Below the pieces are notes generated by a model that had not been told where the DNA came from, did not search any database, and worked only from the letters and a program-made list of their open reading frames with translations. This document shows, piece after piece, positions 22,132 to 33,182 of a stretch of 64,000 bases of DNA. Source of the stretch: Candidatus Rokuibacteriota bacterium (lineage in GTDB: Bacteria; Methylomirabilota; Methylomirabilia; Rokubacteriales; CSP1-6); contig JACPCX010000179.1 in the NCBI GenBank assembly GCA_016184305.1, positions 1-64,000 of the forward strand. Direction: 5' to 3'. Numbering within the stretch: the first letter of the stretch is position 1; the number at the start of each line of letters is the position of its first letter. Made by a program: the position numbers and the translations under genes.

Positions 22132-24229
22132 GCGGCTGCGCTTCATCTTCGGCGTCCACAACCACCAGCCCGTCGGGAACTTCGATGCCGTCATCGCCGA
22201 GGCGGTGGCGTCCGCGTACCACCCGTTCTTCGAGAGCCTGGCGCGCGCCACGGACCTTCCGGCCACCGTCCACTGCTCCGGCGGCCTGCTGGGCTGGATG
22301 CGGGAGCGTGCGGCGCCCACCTTCGACCTGCTGGGAGAGCTGGCGGCCTCCGGCCGGGTGGAGCTGCTGACCGGTGGCTTCTACGAGCCGATCCTCCCCA
22401 TGGTCCCCGACCGGGACAAGGTCGGGCAGATCGGGCAGCTGAGCGAGTTCCTGCGGGAGAACTTCGGGGTCCGGCCTCGGGGGCTGTGGCTCGCCGAGCG
22501 GGTGTGGGAGCCCCACCTGCCGAAGGCCTTGTCCGAGGCCGGGGTCGAGTTCGTCGTGGTGGACGATCACCACTTCGCGCTGGCGGGGCTCGATCCCGAG
22601 ACGCTGGGCGGCTACTACCTCACGGAGGAGCAGGGCGCGCGGCTGGCGATCTTCCCCATCAGCGAGCGGCTGCGCTACCTGATCCCCTTCGCGGAGCCCG
22701 CCGAGGCGCTCCGGTACCTCGAGGGGCGAGGCGGGGCGGGGAGCGTGACGCTGGTGGACGACGGCGAGAAGTTCGGGGTGTGGCCCGGCACGCATCGCCT
22801 CGTCTACGAGGAGGGCTGGCTCGCGCGCTTCTTCGACGCGCTCCGCGCGGCGCCGTGGCTCGATGTCTCCTCCTTCTCGAGGGTGCTGGACACGACGCGA
22901 CCCCGCGGGCGCGTCTACCTGCCGACGGCCTCGTACAGCGAGATGGGGGACTGGGCGCTGCCGGCCGCGGCCGCCGAGGAGCTGGAGGAGATCCGCCAGC
23001 GGCTGAGGGCCCTGCCGGACGGCGAGCGGCTCTCACGCCTGCTCCGCGGGGGGCTGTGGCGGACCTTCCTGGTGAAGTACCCCGAGGTGGCCGACGCGTA
23101 CTGGAAGATGGTCGATCTGTCGGGGCGGATCGAGCACGGGCTGCGGGTCCGTCCAGGGGACACCGATCTCCTCGCCGCCCGTGACTGTCTGTGGCGCGGC
23201 CAGGCGAACGACGCCTACTGGCACGGCGTCTTCGGCGGATGCTATCTGCCGCATCTGCGCCGCGCCGTCCGCTCGGCGCTGATCGCGGCGGAGAGGCGCG
23301 TGGCCGCCGGCGACGGCGGGCCGGCCCTGCGCTGGGAGGTCCGCGACCGGAACGGCGACGGGTGCATGGAGGTGCGCGTCTGCACGCCCGAGCTCACCGT
23401 GACCCTGTGCCCCGAATCCGGGGGGGCGCTCACCGAGCTGGCCTACCTGCCGCTCGCGATCGACCTCGCGGATGTGCTGACGCGGCGGCGTGAGGCGTAT
23501 CACGGTCGCATCAAGGAGACCGAGGCGGCGCAGGGGGATGCCGGGGGGGGCGCGCTGAGCATCCACGAGCGCCTGGACGCGAAGGAGACCGGACTCACCC
23601 GGCTCCTCGAGTACGACGCCTTCCGTCGCGCCTCGCTGCTGGACGGGCTCTATCCCGAGGCCGGGGCGCTGGACGCGCTCTCCCCGTGGGACGCGGCGCG
23701 CCTCGCCGGTCCGGCGCTCCGGATGGCGCACGCGGTCCGCGAAACCGATGGGGAGATCCGCGTGGTGTTCGGTCCCACGCTGGTGGAAGCCCTGCCGCTC
23801 CGGATCGAGAAGGCAGTCGCCGTCCACGGAGCAGGCGCGCGGCTGTCGGTCCGCTACCGGCTCGAGTGGGCGGGTGACGAGGCGCTGGTGGGGCGCTGGG
23901 GCGTGCAGCTCAATCTGGCGCTCACCGCGGGGGACGCCCCGGGCCGCTACTACCGGTTGCCGGGGCGGCCCTCGCTCGGGAGCCGCGGGACGGCGGCGGG
24001 GCAGCGGGGCTTCGCCCTGGTGGACGAATGGCTGGGCGGCGAGGTGAGCCTGCACTGGGCCGTTCCCGCCGACGTGGGCTGGGCCCCCGTGGAAACCGTG
24101 TCGATCTCCGAGGCAGGATTCGAGCGCATCTATCAGGGGTCGTCGATCCTGCTGGCCTGGCCCGTGAGGCTCGCGCGCGGGGGGATCTGGGAGCTCGCGC
24201 TCGACGTCGTCGTGCGCGCGGTGGTCTGA
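22124..24229 (+). CDS. GH57 alpha-amylase/4-alpha-glucanotransferase
   Basis: HNHQPVGNF, GLWLAERVW, DDGEKFG.WPGT, QANDAYWHGVFGG.YLPHLR. Confidence 0.9.
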   Translation: MNERLRFIFGVHNHQPVGNFDAVIAEAVASAYHPFFESLARATDLPATVHCSGGLLGWMRERAAPTFDLLGELAASGRVELLTGGFYEPILPMVPDRDKVGQIGQLSEFLRENFGVRPRGLWLAERVWEPHLPKALSEAGVEFVVVDDHHFALAGLDPETLGGYYLTEEQGARLAIFPISERLRYLIPFAEPAEALRYLEGRGGAGSVTLVDDGEKFGVWPGTHRLVYEEGWLARFFDALRAAPWLDVSSFSRVLDTTRPRGRVYLPTASYSEMGDWALPAAAAEELEEIRQRLRALPDGERLSRLLRGGLWRTFLVKYPEVADAYWKMVDLSGRIEHGLRVRPGDTDLLAARDCLWRGQANDAYWHGVFGGCYLPHLRRAVRSALIAAERRVAAGDGGPALRWEVRDRNGDGCMEVRVCTPELTVTLCPESGGALTELAYLPLAIDLADVLTRRREAYHGRIKETEAAQGDAGGGALSIHERLDAKETGLTRLLEYDAFRRASLLDGLYPEAGALDALSPWDAARLAGPALRMAHAVRETDGEIRVVFGPTLVEALPLRIEKAVAVHGAGARLSVRYRLEWAGDEALVGRWGVQLNLALTAGDAPGRYYRLPGRPSLGSRGTAAGQRGFALVDEWLGGEVSLHWAVPADVGWAPVETVSISEAGFERIYQGSSILLAWPVRLARGGIWELALDVVVRAVV

Positions 24230-24247
24230 CGGCCGCCTGGATTTCGC

Positions 24248-24276
24248 TTGAGGGCCGCTCGTCGGTGTGCTAACGT
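24248..24276 (+). promoter_or_regulatory. sigma70 promoter for metK
   Basis: TTGAGG-17 bp-TAACGT with extended TG. Confidence 0.5.
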
Positions 24277-24322
24277 GGCGTCGCTGCGAACAAAAACGAC
24301 GATTCCGCCAGGGAGGGAAGCG

Positions 24323-26801
<2,479 letters not shown>

Positions 26802-26842
26802 GTCCGGCCCCGAGCACGGGCCGAGCGAGGAGCACAGAGGCC

Positions 26843-29569
26843 ATGGCGCACCGTCCTCGACCGGGAGTCTGGATCCTCCTCGCCCTCCTGGCGCTGGCGC
26901 TCGTCGGCCAGGCGGTCCCGCTCTACACGGACTGGCTCTGGTTCCACGAGGTCGGCTTCCCGCAGGTCTTCACGACCATGCTCGCGGTGCGAGGCTGGCT
27001 CGTGCTGGGCCTGGGGGCGGCCGTCTTCATCTTCCTCTTCGCCAACCTCTGGGTCGCGGCCCGCACCGCGCCTCCTGACGTGCTCTGGGAGCTCGAGGAC
27101 CAGCTCGGACTGCCCGGGCGGGCGGTGCTGGAGCCCCTGGTGCGGCGACTGCTGGTGCCCGTCATCTCGGTCATCGCGCTCATGTCCGGGGCGCGGGCCA
27201 GCGGCGAGTGGGACACCCTGCTCCAGTATCTCAACGCGACCCCCTTCGGCCGGACCGACCCGCTCTTCAACCGCGACATCGGCTTCTACGTCTTCCAGCT
27301 GCCATTGTGGCGGCTCCTGTACGGCTGGACGATCGCCCTGTGCATCGGGACGCTGGTGCTCACGGCTGCCGTGTACGTGCTCCAGCGGAGCGTGGTGCTC
27401 ACAGCCCGCGGCCCGCGGCTTGCTGGCGGCGCGCGGACGCATCTCCTGGGCCTGGGCGCGCTCCTGCTCGTGGTGCGTGGGGTGGGGTTTTGGCTCGACC
27501 GGTACGACCTCCTCTACTCCCCGCGCGGCTTCACCTTCGGCGCCTCCTACACCGACGTGAACGCCTCGCTCCCCGTCCTCCAGGTGCTGGCGGTGCTCGC
27601 CGTTCTCTGCGCGGTCGCGTGCGCCGTGCAGACGCGCCGGCCGGGCTGGCTCTTCCTCGTCGCGGGGCTGGTGGTGCTCGGCGTCGTGTGGATCGGGGGC
27701 CTCGGCGTCTACCCGGCGCTCCTCCAGCGCTTCCGGGTGACGCCCAACGAGCTGGTCGCCGAGGGTCCCTATATCAAGCACAGCATCCGCATGACGCGGG
27801 ACGCCTACGGGCTCGACCGGGTCCAGGAGAAGGACTTCCCGGCGGAGGAGAACCTCAACGCGGCCGCGCTCGAGCGGAACAACCTCACGATCAAGAATAT
27901 CCGGCTCTGGGACCACCGGCCGCTGCTGACGACCTACGGGCAGCTGCAGGAGATCCGCACCTACTACAAGTTCCTCGACGTGGACAACGACCGGTACCTG
28001 ATCGGCGGTGAGTACCGCCAGGTCATGCTCTCGCCGCGCGAGCTGTCGTACAAGCACCTGCCCGGTCAGGGGCAGAGCTGGATCAACGAGCACCTGACCT
28101 ACACGCACGGCTACGGCCTCGTCGTGGGCCCCGTGAACCGCATCAGCCCCGAGGGGCTGCCGGAGTTCTTCGTGAAGGACATTCCGCCGGTGGCGAGCGG
28201 CTTCCCGAAGATCACGCGGCCGGAGATGTACTACGGCGAGTCGGGCAACGAGTACGTCTTCGTGCGGACCAAGTCGCAGGAGCTCGACTACCCGTCGGGC
28301 GATCAGAACGTGTACGGGGTGTACGCGGGGCGCGGGGGGATCGTCGTCGACTCGCTGCTGAAGAAGATCGGCTTCGCGGCCCGGTTCGGGGAAATCAAGG
28401 TGCTGCTCTCCGACGACCTGACGAGCGAGAGCCGCGTCATGATCTACCGGGAGATCGGAGCCCGGGTCCGCCAGGCGGCCCCGTTCCTCCGCTTCGACCG
28501 CGACCCGTACCTGGTGGTGACCGAGGACGGCCGCCTGGTCTGGATGATCGACGGCTACACGACGAGCGACCGCTATCCCTACGCCCAGCCCGTGCGGGGG
28601 ATGGGGAACTACATCCGGAACTCGGTGAAGGCGACGGTGGACGCCTTCCACGGGACCGTGACCTACTACATCGCCGATGCCCAGGATCCCGTGATCCGGA
28701 CCTGGGCGAAGGCGTTCCCGGGGCTCCTGAAGCCGCTCGCGCAGATGCCCACGGACTTGCAGGCGCACGTGCGGTACCCGGAGGACCTCTTCACGATCCA
28801 GGCGCAGATGTACGCGACGTATCACATGGAGGATCCGCAGGTCTTCTACAACAAGGAGGACCTGTGGACCATCCCCCGGCGCCAGCAGGACGCGCGCACG
28901 GCGTCCGAGATGGAGCCCTACTACACCATCATGCGGCTGCCGGGAGAGCCCCGGGAGGAGTTCGTGCTCCTCAACGGGTTCAACCCGAGCCGCCGTGACA
29001 ACATGATCGCCATCATGGCGGCGCGCTCGGACGCGCCGAACTACGGGAGCCTCCTGGTCTACATGTTCCCGAAGCAGAAGCTCGTCTACGGCCCGCGCCA
29101 GATCGACGCGCGGATTGACCAGGACGGGGTGATCTCGCAGCAGCTCTCGCTGTGGAACCAGCAGGGCTCGCGGGTGCTCCGCGGATCGCTCCTGGCCATC
29201 CCCATCGACCAGTCGCTCGTCTACGTCCAGCCGCTCTACCTCGCGGCGACGGAGCAGGGGTCGCTGCCGGAGCTCCGGCGCGTCATCGTCGCCTACGGCA
29301 ACCAGATCGCGATGGAGCCCACGCTCGAGCAGTCGCTCGGGCGGATCTTCGGGGCCCGCGTGCGCGGCGACGAGCCGGGGCCGCGGCCACGCGAGACGGT
29401 CGCGGCGGGCCCCCCGCTCCTCGACACCGCGCTCCGCGCCGTCGCGCAGCGGGCGTGGGAGACGTGGCAGAAGGCCCAGGAAGCGCTCCGCCGGGGCGAC
29501 TGGTCCGGCTACGGCCAGGAGCAGAAACGGCTGGAGGAGACGCTGCGCCAGCTGCGCGAAGGCCGGTAG
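26843..29569 (+). CDS. UPF0182 family membrane protein
   Basis: YTDWLWF.EVG, DP.FNRDIGFYVF.LP, NIRLWD, YTHGYG, NYIRNSVKA, YP.DLF..Q. Confidence 0.92.
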   Translation: MAHRPRPGVWILLALLALALVGQAVPLYTDWLWFHEVGFPQVFTTMLAVRGWLVLGLGAAVFIFLFANLWVAARTAPPDVLWELEDQLGLPGRAVLEPLVRRLLVPVISVIALMSGARASGEWDTLLQYLNATPFGRTDPLFNRDIGFYVFQLPLWRLLYGWTIALCIGTLVLTAAVYVLQRSVVLTARGPRLAGGARTHLLGLGALLLVVRGVGFWLDRYDLLYSPRGFTFGASYTDVNASLPVLQVLAVLAVLCAVACAVQTRRPGWLFLVAGLVVLGVVWIGGLGVYPALLQRFRVTPNELVAEGPYIKHSIRMTRDAYGLDRVQEKDFPAEENLNAAALERNNLTIKNIRLWDHRPLLTTYGQLQEIRTYYKFLDVDNDRYLIGGEYRQVMLSPRELSYKHLPGQGQSWINEHLTYTHGYGLVVGPVNRISPEGLPEFFVKDIPPVASGFPKITRPEMYYGESGNEYVFVRTKSQELDYPSGDQNVYGVYAGRGGIVVDSLLKKIGFAARFGEIKVLLSDDLTSESRVMIYREIGARVRQAAPFLRFDRDPYLVVTEDGRLVWMIDGYTTSDRYPYAQPVRGMGNYIRNSVKATVDAFHGTVTYYIADAQDPVIRTWAKAFPGLLKPLAQMPTDLQAHVRYPEDLFTIQAQMYATYHMEDPQVFYNKEDLWTIPRRQQDARTASEMEPYYTIMRLPGEPREEFVLLNGFNPSRRDNMIAIMAARSDAPNYGSLLVYMFPKQKLVYGPRQIDARIDQDGVISQQLSLWNQQGSRVLRGSLLAIPIDQSLVYVQPLYLAATEQGSLPELRRVIVAYGNQIAMEPTLEQSLGRIFGARVRGDEPGPRPRETVAAGPPLLDTALRAVAQRAWETWQKAQEALRRGDWSGYGQEQKRLEETLRQLREGR

Positions 29570-29581
29570 CAGGCGGCTCGA

Positions 29582-29771
29582 GCAGGCTGCTCAAAACGGT
29601 CCAGATGCGAGGCGGCGCCCGACGGCCGCACGCGAGGCGTACTCCGCATGGCGAGCCGAGCCGGAGGCGAGGTGAGCGGATCGGGAGATCCGGGCGAGCG
29701 TGAGCGAGCCACGTTGAGCGTGCGGCCGAGGGCGCCGTACCTCCGCAGATGGGCCTTTTTCAGCAGCCTGC
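29582..29771. mobile_element. MITE-like palindromic element (~190 bp) between convergent genes
   Basis: TIRs gcaggctgctcaaaa / ttttcagcagcctgc (14/15); inner arms ggcgcccgacggccgcacgc / gcgtgcggccgagggcgcc; no coding capacity. Confidence 0.75.
29651..29710 (-). repeat. Diverged repeat family B copy nested in the MITE
   Basis: gcgagccg-agccggaggcgaggtgagcgga..ggagatcc..cgagcg.gagcgag aligns with 15651-15708. Confidence 0.8.
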
Positions 29772-29774
29772 CTG

Positions 29775-32087
29775 CTAGGTCCGGGCCCGGAGGAAGAGCG
29801 CGGTGCCCAGCCCCGCGAAGACGATGTTGGCCGTCCAGGCGGCGACGATGGGGGGCAGGAGATCGGCCTTGGCGAAGGCCAGCGCCATGGAGTGGACGAC
29901 CCAGTAGCCCACCGAGATGATCACCGCGAGGCCGATGCCGACCGCACGGCCGCCGCTGCGCGGGGCGACCAGGGCGAAGGGGATTGCCACCAGCGCCATG
30001 ATGACGTGGACCAGCGGGAAGGACAGCTTCGAGTACATCTCCCCCATGTACTTGCCCACGTGGTGGCCGCTCTCCTGAAGTCTCCCGACGTAGCTCCTGA
30101 GCTCACGGAAGCTCATGCCCTCGGGCGGCTTCTGGACCCTGGTGAAGTCATCGATACTCTCCGGCATCTGCGCCGTGGTGCGCGTGAAGGGCGTGGACTG
30201 GACGCGGTGCTGCTCGGAGATCTCGCGCAGCACGCCGTCCGAGAGCTCCCACGCGCCGCCGCGCCACCGGGCCTTCTTCGTGTCGAGGCGGGTGGTGAGG
30301 CGGAAGCTCGGGTCGATCTCGAGGACGAGCAGGCCCTCGATGGACTGCTCCACCGGGTCCAGCAGCTCCATGCGGAAGAAGCGCGTGTCCGACGAGCGGT
30401 ACCAGATCTGGTTCCGCTTCTGCAGGTGCCGCGGCAAGCCCCCGCGGATCTTGACGCGGTCCACCTCCTCCGCCCGCGTATTGATGCCCGGCAGCAGGAC
30501 CTCCTGGAAGACCCCGGCCCCGAGGCTCAGCGCGACGGTCAGCAACAGGACGGGCACGCTGACGCGATACAGGCTGACGCCGGCGGACTTCAACGCGTCG
30601 AGCTCGTGCTGGCGGGTCAGGGAGAGGAAGAGGAAGACGGTGGCCATGAGCACCACGATGGGCAGCCCGTCGTAGAGCGCGCCCGGCAGGCGATAGGCGA
30701 AGTGCTGGAGGATGTGGGTGAAGGGAGGCTTGATCCGCAGAAAGCGGTCTAGCGTCTGGAGAAGGTCCACGATGACGAACAGGACCGCGCCAATCCCCAA
30801 GCCGATTCCCAGGAGCTTCACGTACTCCCTGAGGAGGTACCGGTCGATCAGGAACGTCGAGCCGCGCGACTTGCGGAACGGGGCTGCGCCGCGGCCCGTG
30901 GCGCTTGGGGCCGGGACCTGACGCCGGGGGCTCGGGAGGCGGTCGCGCACACGCCAGAGGGTATGCACCCAGGCGGTGGGCGTGGTCACGGTGGTGGAGC
31001 GAAGCAGGATGGCGCCCACCAGCAAGAAGAGAAGGTTGGGGAGCCAGACCGCGGACCACGCGGGCAGGCGCCCGCGCATGGCCATGCCTTCCAGCGACGT
31101 GAAGACGACGTAGTAGAACATGACGATGGCGAGGCTCGAGGCCAGCGCCACGCCCCGGCCGCCGCGATGGGCACGAACGGCGAGCGGGAAGCCCACCATG
31201 GCGAACACGAGGGATGCGACGGGCAGCGCGAAGCGCTTGTGGAGCTCCACGAAGTACGGCGCCGAGATCTGGCCGTGGCGCTCCAGGTCCGCTGCGCGCG
31301 CCCGCAGGGCGCCCAGGGCGAGGTCGCGCTCCGGCCTCTCCGACTGGGCGGCCGCCGCCAGGGGGGACTCGAGCGGCAGGTTCATGTCGTAGAGGCTGAA
31401 GGCGGTGAAGCGGGCCCGCCGCGCGTCCGCGACGTCCGTCTCGCTGACCTGGCCGTCGAGGAAGCGCAAGGTGATGCGCCCGTGCGCCTCGTCGGTGAGC
31501 AGTCGGCCCTCGCGGGCCACGATGATCCGCGACAGCGCCGGGTTGCGCTCGTCGGCGACGAGGAGCCCCTTGAGCGCGAGCTGGGAGGCGCTGATCTCCT
31601 GGACGTAGATCGTGAACTGGCCGAAGGACGCGCTGAACGTCCGCTCCTTGATTCCGGTGGTGGCGCGCGACTGGAGGATCGCGAAGAGCTGGCGCTGGAA
31701 GGCCCCGTTGGCCCACGGACTCACGACCAGGGTCAACGCCGCCGAGGCCAGCGTCACGAGCAGCGCTGCCACGAGGAACGGACGGAAGAGGCGGAGCGGA
31801 CTCACGCCGGACGCCTTGAGTGCGGCGACCTCGAGGTCCCCGGCGAGGCGCCCGCCCGCCAGCAGAACGGCCACGAGGAGTGCCATGGGGAAGGTGAGGG
31901 CGAGGAACGATGGCAGCATGAAGACGAGGAGCGAGAGAACCAGGTGGAAGGGCACGCCCTTGGTGATGACGAGATCCGTCAGGTGGTAGATGCGGTCGAT
32001 GACCAGGAAGAAGGTGAAGACCGCCACGCCCATGACGAACGGCGCGAGGAGCTCCTTCAGGACGTAGCGGTCGAGAATGCGGGTCAT
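29775..32087 (-). CDS. lptFG: Fused LptF-LptG permease (770 aa)
   Basis: Two YjgP/YjgQ units (ILDRYVLKE... and LIDRYLLRE...), each with E..ALK.[AS]GVS; no stop between them. Confidence 0.9.
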   Translation of the reverse strand: MTRILDRYVLKELLAPFVMGVAVFTFFLVIDRIYHLTDLVITKGVPFHLVLSLLVFMLPSFLALTFPMALLVAVLLAGGRLAGDLEVAALKASGVSPLRLFRPFLVAALLVTLASAALTLVVSPWANGAFQRQLFAILQSRATTGIKERTFSASFGQFTIYVQEISASQLALKGLLVADERNPALSRIIVAREGRLLTDEAHGRITLRFLDGQVSETDVADARRARFTAFSLYDMNLPLESPLAAAAQSERPERDLALGALRARAADLERHGQISAPYFVELHKRFALPVASLVFAMVGFPLAVRAHRGGRGVALASSLAIVMFYYVVFTSLEGMAMRGRLPAWSAVWLPNLLFLLVGAILLRSTTVTTPTAWVHTLWRVRDRLPSPRRQVPAPSATGRGAAPFRKSRGSTFLIDRYLLREYVKLLGIGLGIGAVLFVIVDLLQTLDRFLRIKPPFTHILQHFAYRLPGALYDGLPIVVLMATVFLFLSLTRQHELDALKSAGVSLYRVSVPVLLLTVALSLGAGVFQEVLLPGINTRAEEVDRVKIRGGLPRHLQKRNQIWYRSSDTRFFRMELLDPVEQSIEGLLVLEIDPSFRLTTRLDTKKARWRGGAWELSDGVLREISEQHRVQSTPFTRTTAQMPESIDDFTRVQKPPEGMSFRELRSYVGRLQESGHHVGKYMGEMYSKLSFPLVHVIMALVAIPFALVAPRSGGRAVGIGLAVIISVGYWVVHSMALAFAKADLLPPIVAAWTANIVFAGLGTALFLRART

Positions 32088-32095
32088 GCCCTCCC

Positions 32096-32105
32096 ATTGT
32101 ACGAT
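32096..32105. promoter_or_regulatory. Overlapping bidirectional -10 elements
   Basis: ATTGTACGAT = TACAAT (minus) + TACGAT (plus) in a 24 bp divergent gap. Confidence 0.55.
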
Positions 32106-32111
32106 AGCCGC

Positions 32112-33173
32112 GTGAGAGCCCGAGGGGCCTGTGCGACGGCAATGCTGTGGGCGCTGGCCCTCGTGACGCCGGATGCTCTCGCGCGCGATCGCCTCGAGCA
32201 ATTCCAGGAGATCGTCGGGCGCGCGAGCGGGTCCACCGTGGAGAGGCTGGCTCCGGCGCTCTATGCGCTCGTGGACGAGGAGATCCTCGAGAACATGACG
32301 AGCGGAGGGGTCTTCGCCTCCGAGGCATTCATCCAGGAGCGGCTGGACGGGTTCAGCGGGACCTGGGGTGGCGCGGACTTCCGGGTGCGGCGGCTGCCGG
32401 GCCCGGCCCCGTCGGGCCCGGCGCGAGGCGAGACGACGATCGCGCTCTACTCGATGGAAGGTCTGGAGGGCTCGGGGTCGGTCAGGGTGTTCGGCTCGGG
32501 CGGGGATGGCGCTGTCCTGCTCCGGAGCCTCACCCACGAGGGGACGCCCGAGGTCCACGAGTGGCCGCCAGCCGCCGGCGGGTCGCTCCAGTTCGCGGTG
32601 AGCTGGGTCGGGGGAGCTCTCGGGCGCGGTGGCCGGATGCTCCGCGTGGAGGTGTGGCGCCGGCACGCCGCCGGCATCTCGCGCGTCTGGAGCACGGCCG
32701 TCGACGCTCCGGACGGCCTCGTGGCCTCCGACGTTCGGATCACGCGTGGGGAGATCGCGCTGCGGTACGAGGCGCGGTACCCGGGATGGAAGCCCGGCTG
32801 CGAGGGACAGACGGAGCACGAGGACCTGTACCGCGTCGGGCCGTCCGGGGACGGGGTGCGGCTCGTGCGGCGCCGGGTGGTCAGCGGGTGGCACCGGGAG
32901 CTGTGGCAGACCGTGACGCGATTCTTCGACGCGCTCGACCGCCGGGACAGCCGCGTGCTCGCCGAGCTCGTGCCGGACGCGTCGGTGCGGGCGCGGATCC
33001 CGCGAGCGCTGGTGCCGGAGCCGGCATGCGAGGGGCGCCCGCAGGAGTCGCCGGCGACCGCGATCATCGCCGCCACGGAGGAGGGTGAGCGCCGGCGGAC
33101 GCCGTGGTCGCTCTGGTGGCGCCAGATCCCCGGAGGGTGGCGCCTGAGCGGGGCGGCCCCCGTGCTAGAATGA
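32112..33173 (+). CDS. Hypothetical exported protein (alternative start ATG 32142)
   Basis: Signal-peptide-like start, coding-like codon usage, fills the gap up to valS. Confidence 0.7.
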   Translation: MRARGACATAMLWALALVTPDALARDRLEQFQEIVGRASGSTVERLAPALYALVDEEILENMTSGGVFASEAFIQERLDGFSGTWGGADFRVRRLPGPAPSGPARGETTIALYSMEGLEGSGSVRVFGSGGDGAVLLRSLTHEGTPEVHEWPPAAGGSLQFAVSWVGGALGRGGRMLRVEVWRRHAAGISRVWSTAVDAPDGLVASDVRITRGEIALRYEARYPGWKPGCEGQTEHEDLYRVGPSGDGVRLVRRRVVSGWHRELWQTVTRFFDALDRRDSRVLAELVPDASVRARIPRALVPEPACEGRPQESPATAIIAATEEGERRRTPWSLWWRQIPGGWRLSGAAPVLE

Positions 33174-33182
33174 GACCCCGCC

